The position numbers and the translations under genes were made by a program. Positions 26,129 through 38,101 of a stretch of DNA of 64,000 nt are shown piece by piece. Within the stretch, counting starts at the first letter, position 1, and every line of letters starts with the position of its first letter. The notes under the pieces were generated by a model, which ran no database searches, was not told where the DNA came from, and saw only the letters and a list, made by a program, of their open reading frames with translations. The DNA comes from Lama guanicoe (taxonomy: Eukaryota): NCBI GenBank assembly GCA_013239625.1, contig MU053376.1:1972507-2036506 (forward strand). The letters are read 5' to 3'.

Positions 26129-27180
26129 GTGAGGGGGCTCAGCCTGGTGGCCTTTCAAGGTCATTTTTAGGCGCTGTAGCACACAAGGGCAGTTTGGATC
26201 CCAGGGTCTTTGTCAAGTGTCTGCAGGGCAGTCTTTGACTATCTTGATTTGGATCTGGGCATATTCGGAGATTGTCCCTACACTTAAAAGGCACAAATAT
26301 CTACAAGTTGTATGTCTAACAGGGACCCCCCAGAGAAAGGATGCCCCCAAGTACACTGCCAGGAATATTTTCTGTTTTAAAACTTTTTTAACCAGCCTGG
26401 TAGGCTCTTGTTTGAAACTTTCTTTCTCAGCACTAGGAGTTACTGGGAATTAAATTGAAATATCTTGGCTAACACATATCTTGTTTTTAAAGTCTATAGT
26501 CTTTTCTAGGTGATATGATCACATTATTTTATAATTTATGGCAATAGGAAATTATTTTTTATAATTATTGCTAAAATTCAAAGGAAGAGGTAATGTGCAG
26601 CATTGTTGATTTGCAGAGAATTCCTAAACATTGTATTTTGTTGTTCATGCATCTCCCCAGTCTTCTTTTAGACAAATGGACCCAGTTTTTTTTTTTTAAG
26701 CAGTGTTAACACTCCTATGAAAGGTTGCTGGCTTATCTTTGGTGCTACTTTTTAATAATTAAGTTGTTTTGAATTTGCCAAGTAGGATTTATTGCCTGAA
26801 CTAAAATTTATTTCCTAATCTTCTGACAACTGAGAAAGGAGAAATTAAGTTTGCAGATGTGAGATGAAATATAGTCAGTGAATATGCATACTGATTCTGA
26901 ATGAGAGGAATTAACTTGTGTTTGAGTCAAGAAACATAGTTTGCATGTAGTAAATTGAATTTTTCCTCTAACCGGAACCATTTGCTTAATTCTTCTTTGA
27001 ACACTGCCCCTTCTCTGTTAAGAACACTAGTGATTTGCTATCTCTTTTAAAGAAGAAATCTTTTTTCACTTAGTTAAGCTCAGAATTCTTCAGATTTTTT
27101 TTTTTTTTGAATCCTGGAGAGGACTGTTGAAAGTGAGTGATTTAGCAATATTATTCTTTTAAAAGAACTTTAAAAAATTA

Positions 27181-27322
27181 TCTTGTTTTTTTATTTTGGG
27201 GGGTGGGGGTGGAGAGAGGTAATTAGGTTTATGTCTTCATTTTTAGAGGAGGTACTGGGGATTGAACCCAGGACCTTGTGCATGCTAAGCATGTGCTCTA
27301 CCACTGAGCTATACCCTCCTCC
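27181..27322 (-). mobile_element. tRNA-Ala-derived SINE (Vic-1-like)
   Basis: Reverse complement has intact A box TAGCTCAGTGG, B box GGTTCAATCC and the cctaattacc tail motif. Confidence 0.9.
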
Positions 27323-29460
27323 AACTTTTTTTTGTTATACAAAGTAAAACGTGCTTATTACATGAAATGTGAAGCAAAAAAGAAGAAAATAAAAATCATC
27401 CATAGTCCCAATACCTAGAGATAATAGTGTTAGAATATTCCCTTCTAGTCTTTTTTCCTCTGCGTACACACGTATGCGAGCATGTATTTATAATTTTATT
27501 ACAAAAAGCGAGATAATGCTGTGCCTGTTGTTTTATAATCTGCTGCTTTCATTTAACAAATGATTAATATTTTTCTAAGTCATTTAATTATAACATTTAA
27601 AAAATGAATTTATGAATAAAATACTAAAATCTACAAAGAGAAAGAATGAAATGACATTTTGGCTCATTCACTCATTTTTGTGAAATATATATAGCACATT
27701 GTTTTGCAGTTAGTGCTCAAAAATGCTGCAAATGTATCACCATTATTAATTTATACATTGGTCATTATTAAATTATTCATTGATCATTTATTAAGGCTCT
27801 TCTGTGTGCCAGACACTGTGCTATGAGTTGGGAAAGCTGAGAATATAAAATGAAGAGGGGACTGTTGGGATTAGGCATATGAAGGGAAAACTTTCTTTTC
27901 TATTGCCTGTATTTCTAAACAATTACAATAGGTTGATTTTTGTAATTAAGAAAATAAATGTAAAGAACTTCAAGTGCACACACGTGCTCACGCATGAATG
28001 GCAACCAGGATGAGTTGAGTTAGGGCCACATCACACACAAGTGACTTTTGTACTCATCAGGCAGTGAATCGAGAGGAGACAGGCATTCCTTGGGGCAGGA
28101 GCAGCATGTGTAAAAGCATAAAGGAATGAAAAACTGGGGATAGAAGCTAAGAAAAACTTCTTGTGTATAATGAGGACTGTGCACCTCCCCAAGCTTCTTT
28201 ATCTCTGGAGGTTGTTGAATATTCTAGAGGCTTTTAATAATAGGATTGTCTGGCTGGTTTGTCTGGCTAGTCTGTCTGGACTGCTTAGATACAACCCTAC
28301 TTAAATGACCCAATCTTGTTACATGGCAGAAGATTTCCATTTTTTTCATTAAATAAGAACAGACATAAAAATCTGTATTTAAGACTCAGAAATTACTTTG
28401 TGGCTTCAAATGAAGCTCTAACATTTGTATTCAAAATTGACCTTTAGTAAGAGCAGGAATGACCATAATCAAAGGGGTCACCTCTTAAATCTCACCCACC
28501 CTGTCACCTCTGTCTGAGTGCATTGATGTCCTATAACTCATTTCCTGTCTTTTGTGGCCCTAGTGCTACTTATCAAAATTGTGTGCAAATTCCCTTGGCT
28601 AACAGGAATGTTTTTTTGTTGGGGCCTGTCCAGTAACAGATTTGCAAGAGAGTTCATCATTTTTGTGATTAGTGTTTGGAATGTGTCAGATAATTCAGTT
28701 CATGATAAAAGGAAAGAACTCTTTTGGGGTGGCGAAATGAACATTCAGGAAAAGGGTGCGTGCTAACCAGGATGGCAGCCTGCGCCGGCTGAAGCCCACA
28801 AAGCCAACAGAGCTGCAGGTGTGCTTTTCTTAGTCTTTGGCCTCCACAAACACTGGCCGTGTGTTTCCCTGTGCCCTTCAAAGACATCAGAGTAGCAAGT
28901 CCTAGAAGTTTCCTTCTTTTGGAAGGTTGGGAAGAGCTCCCTTGTCATGGCTTTGACTCCTAGTAGTGTGTTGAGTGACCCAGAGGGCCACTGGGAAAGC
29001 TTTCCGACAACTCTCCGCTGTCATCAGATTGATCTGCCCAGATGACATCAATCGGAAATTCGAAGCCTGACCTATAAAGGTCAGTTAAAGAGTCCCAGGA
29101 AAATAATCATGAAATTTGAAAGCTTGAAGCATTTTTGAAAAATCATCTAACTAGACCGCCTCATTTGGAAGATTTTTTAAAAACTAAAAAACAAACAAAC
29201 AAAAATTCGAAAAGGATGGGTAGCTTGTCTGATGTCCTCAGCGAGAGCAGAAACTGGAACTCTGGTCTCCTTGTCTCAGGCCCCGGGGTCTTTCTCCGAG
29301 CCCTGCTGAGGAAGTTGAGGTGAGGGAAGGATCGGGAACAGCTCAGCAGCTCTCTGCCCTTCTTGGCTCAAAGTGAGGAGACATTTTCTGACCTCCTTGG
29401 CTTTATATCACTTGTCCTCTGCCACACACAATCCAGCAATGTCTACTTTTTTTCCCATTG

Positions 29461-29660
29461 CTTTTTTTTTTAACTGAAATACAGTCAGTTATAATGTGTC
29501 AATTTCTGGTAAACAGAATAACGTCCCAGTCATGCATATACACACATACATACATATATTTATTTTCATATTCTTTTTCATTATAGGTTATTACAAGATA
29601 TTGAATATAATTCCCTGTGCCAGACAGAAGAAATTCGTTTTTTATCTATTTTTATATATT
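29461..29660 (-). mobile_element. Short LINE-1 3'UTR fragment with poly(A)
   Basis: T run followed by aactgaaatacagtcagtt...ataggttattacaagatattgaatataattccctgtgc, related to the 3' ends at 49270 and 50480. attgc(t/c)tttt on both flanks. Confidence 0.75.
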
Positions 29661-29933
29661 GCCTTTTCTGATTGTGACTGTTAAAAAAATGATATTCTTT
29701 TAAACGACACAAAGATTTCAGAAAAGCATATAGAAAAAAGTCAACCCCTACCCTTCCCAGCCCCCACTTCCCCTCACCTCCGCCAGTGATTGAAACCAGT
29801 TTCTTCTGTGTCCTTCCAGAGGATACAACCACTGTGCAGAGACAACCACTGATGTGCCCTTTAATATAGTATTATTACTTTACAAATGTAATGAAATGAA
29901 GTAAGTAGAAATACAAATGGAAGTATACCATTT

Positions 29934-30083
29934 GGCGGGGAGGGTATAGCTCAGTGGTAGAGTGTATTTAGCATTCACGATGTCCTAGGTTCAATCCCAG
30001 TACCTCCATTCTAAACAAACAAACTTAATTACCACCCCCACCAAAAAAAAAACCCCAAATTTAAAATTTATTAAAAAAAAAAA
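29934..30083 (+). mobile_element. tRNA-Ala-derived SINE (Vic-1-like)
   Basis: ggggagggtatagctcagtggtagag head and A-rich tail. TSD aagtat(a/g)ccatt. Confidence 0.9.
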
Positions 30084-30971
30084 GTATGCCATTCACACTG
30101 CTCTTCACTTTGCTTTTTTCACTTAATTTATTTTGGAGATTATCTTCATTTTGATCCATAAAGATCAGTCCTGTCTCCTTTTTTAGTAGAGGCACAGAAT
30201 TCCATTTTATGGATTGAGGTACCATCATTTATTTAACCAATTCCCTGCTCGTGTGCAGTAATGCTCACTGTTGAGCCAGGTAACTGTCAAACCCTTATAG
30301 GTATTTCCTTGTATGGTGGTTGGAGTATGGGGTTCTTGAATAGGGGATAAAATAGAGAAGAGGGGATTATAGCCTGCCTGCATTTGAGGGGACAGATTTG
30401 GGAACAGTAATAACAGGTTGGAAAAGACAGGTTGGAATGACCGGTTCCTTGGCCACTGGGGCCGTGCTCTAAGACCACTAGATTTGGTGTGGTCCAAGAT
30501 CTTTTTTTATCTTTGTATTCTTCAAAGAATAAACAGATTCTTGGTAAATGTGGGCTAAGCAGTTACAAAAGAATGAGTGCGCCTGCCCTGTCAGTTAAAG
30601 TGGGGAGATGGGCTCCTGTTTAAAGCTTTGCTCTGTGATGTATGCTGTCTGACAGCTGTTTCCTGCTTTAAAAATTGACAGGGAGGAGGGGAAATGTCAG
30701 TGTGCTTGGATGGTGGGGAAGCAGCCACAATAATGACATCTGTGTACCTCTGTGCAAGGGGCTGGCTAGACATAGCTCACTCCTCCCACCCACCCCACCT
30801 TCTGGCAACGGTGGATACTTCTGGCCTTGGGTTCACAGATGAAATTCAAGGCATAGGCAAGTATTATACCATTATGGTAAGAATGTATTTAAAGGGAAGA
30901 AGCATCTTAAAATTAAATTTGAAAAGCATTCTTATGCCTCTTACTTTTTTTTTTAAGGCCAGAAACCTAGT

Positions 30972-31195
30972 GGGGAGGGGTATAGCTCAATGGTAGAGCA
31001 CATGCTTAGTATACATCGGTCCTGGGTTCAATCCCCAGTACCTCCGTTCAAATAAAGAAATAAGTAAATAAACCTAATTACCTCCCTCCCCCCACCCAAA
31101 AAAAAACCCAAAATAAATTAATTTAAAAATAAAAAATAAATAAAATAAAATAAAATGTTTGTAATTGATTTTAAAAAAAACTATTTTAAAAAAAG
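30972..31195 (+). mobile_element. tRNA-Ala-derived SINE (Vic-1-like) with long AT-rich tail
   Basis: tRNA-like head and aaacctaattacc motif. TSD aag(g/a)ccagaaacct. Confidence 0.9.
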
Positions 31196-31284
31196 ACCAG
31201 AAACCTGCTTTGATTCACCTTTCTTAAGTATTAGCACAAAGCAAAGAAGCTTAGAGAAGGGCTTTTGTTAGGTTAACTAAGCAG

Positions 31285-31500
31285 GTGATTGAGGTATAAG
31301 GAACGCTTTTGGGCACCTGCTAGTTGCCAGACACTGTGCTGATAGTCACAGTCATGCTTGTAATGTTATTTCACATTCAGCACCCTTGGGAGAAAAGATA
31401 CTATTATCCTCATTTTTCAGGCAGGGAAATTGAGTCCAGGAGTTAAGTGACGTACTCAAGGTTGGAAGAGTTGAGGAGTGGTAGGACTAGAATATCCCAA
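31285..31500 (-). mobile_element. MIR SINE remnant
   Basis: tgccagacactgtgct...tattatcctcatttttcagg...gttaagtgacgtactcaagg. Confidence 0.65.
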
Positions 31501-33849
31501 CTCAAGCTTCTCCATTTTACTGCAACTAAAATGTCTGTCAGGAAAAGAGGGCACAGAAAGCAAAATTATATATTAATCCTTTTTGATGAATGAAACTCAT
31601 CACTTGGAAATGTTAGCTATCTTGATTGTGGTGGTGGTTTCATTGGCGTATACATGTATCAAAATTCATCAAATTGTACATCTGAAATATGTATAGTTTA
31701 CTGTACAAGAATCATACCATAATAAAGGTATTAAAAAATTCATCATGGACAATTAATAACCAATTAGGAATTATTAAGAAATAAGTTAATGAGATCATGA
31801 AAATTGAATTGATGGTTCACAAAGGGCAAAAAAAACAGAACTACCCAATAAGCTCTTGCCTCCCTCCCTACTTTTGGAAGAAGTTCTCAGTTTTGATAAT
31901 ACTGAGTGTAAAACGGCAGAGAGGGGGAGGTGCTGGCAGTCAGACTACATGTTAGGAGTTAAGTTCATTTTGTTGATCTGGAATAGAACACACCTCTTTC
32001 TTTTCTTCTCTGTTGAGGAAAACTCCAGGTCATCACTTTAGCATTAGATGGCAGGTGAAGGAAGTAGGGTACAGGGAATGGAATGAAAGAAAATTAATTA
32101 CCCAATATTGGGACATGGTTTAAATAAGGAAAGTGACCCTTATTGCCCAAGGAAGGATTTTTGAGGCTACACATAAACAGTTATTTTCCTGGCCCCCTTG
32201 GCTCCAGAAATCACTGAAAAGCCACTTATTCCTCCCTTGTCTTCGGCTGTCTCACCTCCCTTCGATGTGTATCTGCTCAGTTGCAACTGAAGGCTTCTAG
32301 TTCAGTTCCACCAGGAAAGGCCAGGTTACTTTTCCCAGTTTATCACTCACACAGATGAGCGCTGATTTATGGGCGGGACAGGGAAGTGATAAATGACACG
32401 CCTGGGAACTCTGGGATGCTTCGCCTTCCCACACCCGGCTTACCTAGACGGAAAGCTTCCAACCACTGCTTCCACTATTAGGGATGCAGGTCATACCTTG
32501 ACACAGCTTTTGCTCCTTCAGGATTTAATGGAACCCGGAAAGGTAATTCATCATACCTCTTTATCAGATTGTTATTTATTTTAATGGTTCACCGAGTGAC
32601 AGCTGGAGTTAACTAGTGAGCTGTGAACATAAATGAAAAAAATGATTTCCGGAATCACAAGTATACACATGAGTGAGAGGGAGGAATTTGCATCTATCTC
32701 CTTTCAGAATTCTGGCTATTTTTGGAGCCGTCTACTTGCAGTTTCCGGGTGAATTTTGCCTCATTAGGAAACCTTTAGAGTCTCCTTGGGATAACCTTTC
32801 AAAGAGGAGCCTCTCACGGTTCAGATGTCAGTAGTGGATGTTTCCTGAAGGTGTTTCACGCTTGCTCCCTGACGTAGTGTTCCAAGCCTCACAATTAGGC
32901 ATTGGCTGGGGATCAGGGTATCACCCAGAGAAGACTGACAGCAGGTGAGCCGGCAGCTGGAGCAGATGGGATGCGGAAAGTGACAACGGAGCCTATTTTC
33001 ACACAGATGTTCTTGTGCAAAAGCACAAAGGAGCAGGGGGAACAGGTCGTGAGTAAAGCAACAGAAATGATTTGGTGCATGGCTTGTGTTTTGTTGGTCT
33101 TGTATTTAATTCAGAGGGTGGGGGGCACACTTGGAGGCTTGGTCTTTAACTGCTGAGGAGGGTTCTATGCAGAGAAGAGTGAGACTACTCATTTATTTAC
33201 TTGTTTTTGAGCATTCATTGAGTGTCTACTAGCTGCAGACCCAGTACTAATCACCAGGGATGCAGAGAGTAACGAATGCCGTGGTCTCTGCCCATAGAGG
33301 GAAAACGCAGGAGTACAAAGCCTGTGTGATAGGGCTGTGTGAGCGGTGCTGTCATGGAGATTTGCAAAGAGCCACACAGAAGCATCTGGGTAAACTCGGG
33401 AGGGCCAGGATGTGCATCCCAGAGAAAGCAGCGTTTTTCTTCATTTTCACGAAGAGAGAGAGAAATAGATGCTCTTGGTTAAAAGTTCACACTGGACAGA
33501 AAGGTACAGAATAAAAAGAAGTCACATTTTTTTAACCCTTTCTTGCTGCCTTCATCCTAAGTGGTAATAGCCTTAAAATCAAAGGCTTGGTGTAAAATCA
33601 AATTATACTTTTTGCTTAGTACCTTAAGTGAAAGATAGAACTGTTATCATTGTAAATGTTTTATCCAGTTACCCCCTCAACTGCTTCATGTATCACCAGT
33701 GATTCACAGATCACGCTCAGGGAAACACTACGTTTTGCCCCCGAGTTTAGACGTGGGCATGACCCCTGACTCAGCAGATGAACCCTTGAAGCAGGGGACA
33801 ACCCAGGCAAACTAAGATCCCTGCGAACAGCCGTTGGGTAGAGTGGGAA

Positions 33850-34265
33850 AGACACCATGTTGAGAGTCCAAAGGCCTGGGATCCAAATCTGGCATTACTA
33901 CCCTACTGGCTTGCAACAGTTAGCAAGTTATTTGATACCTCCTTCCTCGAAATCACCGTCTCATCTGTAGGAAGGAAATAAGGATGTCTTCCCTGTGTGC
34001 TTTACAGAGTTATTGTGAGAGTCAAATATGTGCTAAAGTACTCTAAAAGACTCTTAAATTGCTACATACAAAGAATTAGTACTTTGAGGTTAAAAGCACA
34101 CATTGTATTGGCAAACTATGTGTGCTTGGAAACATGCTCCACCACTCACTAATCCTTTGATCTAAAGCAACTTATTTAATCTCAGTGCCCTCATCCATAA
34201 AATGGGGATAATGATAATAATAGTTCATAAAGTTGTTTGGAAGATTTGATGAATTATCTAGGGAA
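33850..34265 (+). mobile_element. Two MIR remnants
   Basis: cctgggatccaaatctggc...tctcatctgtagg; cctcatccataaaatggggataatgataata. Confidence 0.6.
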
Positions 34266-34981
34266 GCAGAATCTCTCACTGGCCAGACAAGCGTTGAGAG
34301 AGGTCAGATCAGAAGGTACAGCACGGCAGTCGTATTTTGACTGTTAGAGCAGATGGGATTGCATTTCCATAAATCTCCTCTTGTGTTTGGAACGGCCGGT
34401 ATGTGTGTATGCAAGGGGAGGGTGGCAGCCTCTCCCTCTGTGTGCTCAGAAATCCCAAGCTTTCCATGAAGACTCCCTGCAGAATAGAGGAGGAGGCCGA
34501 TTACAATCTGGCTGAGACAAAGATGCTCTGAGTGCTGGGCTTGCAGCCGAGGCAGGGGCTGAGTCTGCCCTTGACTTGGCTCCTTGTGTGATGTAATGCA
34601 TCCTGGGGTTGTCAGTGGAGGTGACGAGCCGCAGGTGTGTGTCCTCACACCAAGAAGGCAGCAGCTCAGTGAGTCCCTCTACCCCCTGCTCTTCTTCAGT
34701 GAAGCAGAAAGAGATGGATGAGGGGCTCTAGGAGCTAGTTCCTGACCCTGGCCGACGTGAAACTCCCAGGAAGACATAGAGCAGGGTGCTAATCCACCAG
34801 GAAAATCAGCAGCTGCCCAGATGCTCGGGGCCTTAAAGAAATAGAAAATGGAACTTCGTAGAAACTGGGTCAGTAACCAAAAGCCCTCTTAGAAAAGGAA
34901 GGTACAGCTGAGCATCTGAGATTTTCTTTCTTCTTCTTCTTCTGAAATCTGATTGTTCTTTGTCCTCCTCCTCCCTTACAG

Positions 34982-35066
34982 AAAATGAAGGAGTACCTGG
35001 AGGGCAGGAACCTCATCACCAAGCTACAAGCCAAGCACGACCTTCTTCAGAAAACCCTGGGAGAGA
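34982..35066 (+). CDS. SRGAP2: SRGAP2 coding exon 10 (85 nt, phase 0/1): KMKEYLEGRNLITKLQAKHDLLQKTLGE(S)
   Basis: cctcccttacag|AAA and GAG A|gtgagt. Confidence 0.96.
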
Positions 35067-36481
35067 GTGAGTGAGGGAGCCCTACCGGAGATTTGGCCGT
35101 GAGGGGAAGGCCGAGCCCGGGGCCCTAGTGCTGAGCACACCCCTCTGCCTTCAGCCAAGTGGACCGTATCTGGCTATATGAATGCATTGCTTTTCCGCGC
35201 TCGTTTGATGGGGAAGCACACGCCCCAGATGACTGCTTGAGTAATGGGGGAAGGCCAATGCTTAATGAAGCACTAATGTGCATTGTCTATTTGTTTAAAT
35301 GGAGCGTGCCTGCTCTCCACCCCACCCCCTCCTCTGCTGCGTCTGGAGCAAAGGAGCTGATGGGTTATTTACTCTCCAGACACTTTGGTAAAACTCTCAG
35401 CTCCTCTGTGGCAGAACTGAGGCTGGAGCAAGAGGGAAGGGAGCTGTGAGCTGAGCTCCCCAGCTGCTCGGAGGAGAGGATTGTCAAGGGCAGGGATGAT
35501 GGGCTGACAGCCGCTGTCTGGAGCTTCGAGGTGGGGCCGCGGTCTTTCCTCCGTCCTGAAGGGTCCCAGTGCTAGGAGGCAACCCTCTCTCTCTGCTTTG
35601 GCCATGCCGGAGCTGTGGTACTGAATGGACTGTCTCCTCTCACGGGGTGATTTTAACCAGACCCTGGAAAGTAGCAAGGCAGAGGATGGACTGGCACTCT
35701 GGACTTTGTCTCCTCAGCTGTCAAACAGAAGGCAGAGGTTGAGAGAGAAGTGTCCCTGGGGTTTTTGGCACCCTGCCCAAGTCTCCTTGCCCAGCTCTCA
35801 GCATCCTGTGATTAATGGGATTCCCAGGTTGAGGATGCCTCTGAATGCCCGGCCCCTCCTCCCTGCCCCACTAATCTCACTTCAACACGGGGAGGGGGAG
35901 GCTACGTGGAATAGGTGGTAACACCAGTAAAAGGCAAAACCTGCACTCACTCAGCGGTCTAACATTTTCAGATAAATTCTTGAGCCCTCTTCAGACAAAC
36001 TGCAGAATCTAGGAGAGGGTATGGCACTCATTGTATCATTGGCCCCAGGAATTAGAGCCCCGATTCTCATACCAGAGCCTCCTACCCACCCTTCTTGTCC
36101 TGTTCTCCTGCCCTGAACGATTCCCCCCAGACGATTCATTCTTTTATCTCTAATGTCTTTGATCTTGTGATTTTTAAGGCATTTTCTTTTATGTGAAGAA
36201 AGCCTGTTAAGTAACTCTGTTCTCTTTCCTCCCCACTCCCCAAGGGATTCAAGCTTAACAGGTTTAGGCACTGAGATCCAAACTTTGCTTATAGAAGATC
36301 TTTACTCTGGGGTTATCAGATTGCTCCATGGGGAATCGGAGGAGAGAAAGCCCAGGACTGTCTGAAGCAAGTTGTAACTGTGATTTCATTTTACCAAGAT
36401 AATCTAAGCGTGGTCCATAAGTGGGGTGATGGGGAACAGGGCCTCTGAGTGTGAGAGAAAAAGAGAGTCTGTATGTATGTT

Positions 36482-36548
36482 TGTGTGTGTGTGTGTGCGC
36501 GCGCGCGCGCACACGCGCGCGATAGAGAGAGAGAGAGAGAGAGAGAGA
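36482..36548. repeat. Compound microsatellite (TG)n(GC)7(AC)2(GC)3-(AG)12
   Basis: Read directly from the sequence. Confidence 0.95.
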
Positions 36549-37397
36549 ATGGGTTTGAAACACACACACAAGCACCAAATGTGCTACTATGAAAGGGTGA
36601 AGGTTGGTGGCCGTTCATTAGTGCTGCAAATGGCCTTCCTCTAAAGATGACAAGTTCTAGCAACAAGGAAAAAAATAGCTGCAGATCTTCCCATGTGCAG
36701 GTCATCATGTCCCTGCCTTCTGCACGTATTTGTCACTGTAATGCAAGAGCCCCTTGTTCTTGCCATGGAGGGATAATTGATGTGTATGAATATTCCGGCA
36801 TGGAAATGGGACAGATGTTGGAAATAATGGCTCTGAATAATATTTTTGCAGATGAAAGCTGCGCCTTGAGGAAGAGAGGCTGTTAGGGGTGGGGGAGGGT
36901 GTTGCTCAAGATGTGCTGAACTGTAATCAACAATTAGCAACCTTTAAAGGCTAGAAAAAGCCCTGCCCTCCCCCCACCACCCTCGGAGTCGCCTTTCCAG
37001 GATCCTGGATGAGGGTGTGGGAACTGCTCTCTCCTTCTCCAGCTCAGCACCTGCTTATAAACCATCTTCCCTGGTTTATCTAATACTGTTCTAATGCAGA
37101 CCAGGCTTGGTTAACTGTGGACCCAAAGAAAGCAACATAGATTACAGAATGGCCCATGTACAGATGCGTATGTATTTTTTAAAAACATGAGGATACTTTG
37201 TATGAACATTAGGGTTTTCAATTCCATGTTTTAAGGCTGGCTCTGATCTATTAAACTGAGTATTGGGGCCCACTGTTGGACTGAGTACCACGGTTTGATG
37301 CCAGTGTCAGCATTTTAAATCTCATTTTTTCCTTGTCATTTCAGCCCAGCTTGATGGGAGTGAGAATTTACTATGAATCTAAAACTAGAACTTCCTT

Positions 37398-37575
37398 GGG
37401 AAGGGAGGGTATAGCTCGGTGGTAGAGCACGTGCTTAGCATGCACGAGGTCCTGGGTTCAATCCCTAATACCGCCATTAAAAATTTTTTTAATAAATAAA
37501 TTAACCTAATTACCTACCCCCCAAATTATTTAAAATAATAAAATAAATTTTAAAAAAATTTAAACCAAAAAACCC
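37398..37575 (+). mobile_element. tRNA-Ala-derived SINE (Vic-1-like)
   Basis: gggtatagctcggtggtagagcacgtgcttagcatgcacgaggtcctgggttcaatccc plus AT-rich tail. Confidence 0.9.
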
Positions 37576-38073
37576 AATATAGCTTCCATATATGCCCCAT
37601 CCTCTCCCCAAATAACTATTCCTTCCACCCTCAAGTGTGTGAGAGAGTATGTGTGTGTGTGCGGGCGTGTGTGCACGCATGCACTCATCTCTCCCTCCCC
37701 AACACGAACACACCCAACGTACATTGAAGAGAAGCTGAATTTTATCTCTGGGAAGGCTTCTCATCATTTGTTCTCTAAGGCGTGATCTGCTTTGCTGTTG
37801 TTCCCCTGTTTTCCCTTTGGGACCAGAGTTGGCAAATCCAACTACTGGTTTCGGGACACCCACACCCCTGGGCTGGGAAGAAGCATCAGAAGTGGCACTG
37901 GCCCAGAAAGAGGCCCTGCGTGCTCTCTGCTTTTTGGTCTGGAAGGCCAGTCACGGTGTGATGCTAGTGGCTCCCTGGGGAGACAGGCAGACATGGTCAT
38001 TCCTGGGAGCAAGTCTCCCTCTTTCACGCCTGCTGCTTCAACATGTGCTTTTTGCCTTTTGTCTTTCCAACAG

Positions 38074-38101
38074 GTCAGCGGACAGACTGCAGTCTGGCCA
38101 G
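38074..38101 (+). CDS. SRGAP2: SRGAP2 coding exon 11, 28-nt microexon (phase 1/2): (S)QRTDCSLA(R)
   Basis: ttttgtctttccaacag|GTCAGCGGACAGACTGCAGTCTGGCCAG|gtaggt. Required to keep the frame. Confidence 0.94.

Noticed and set aside
37403..37476. tRNA-Ala(AGC)-like sequence with a perfect anticodon stem (and nine similar copies)
   Set aside because: Acceptor and T stems are mismatched. Each copy has an AT-rich tail and most have TSDs. These are SINE heads, not tRNA genes.
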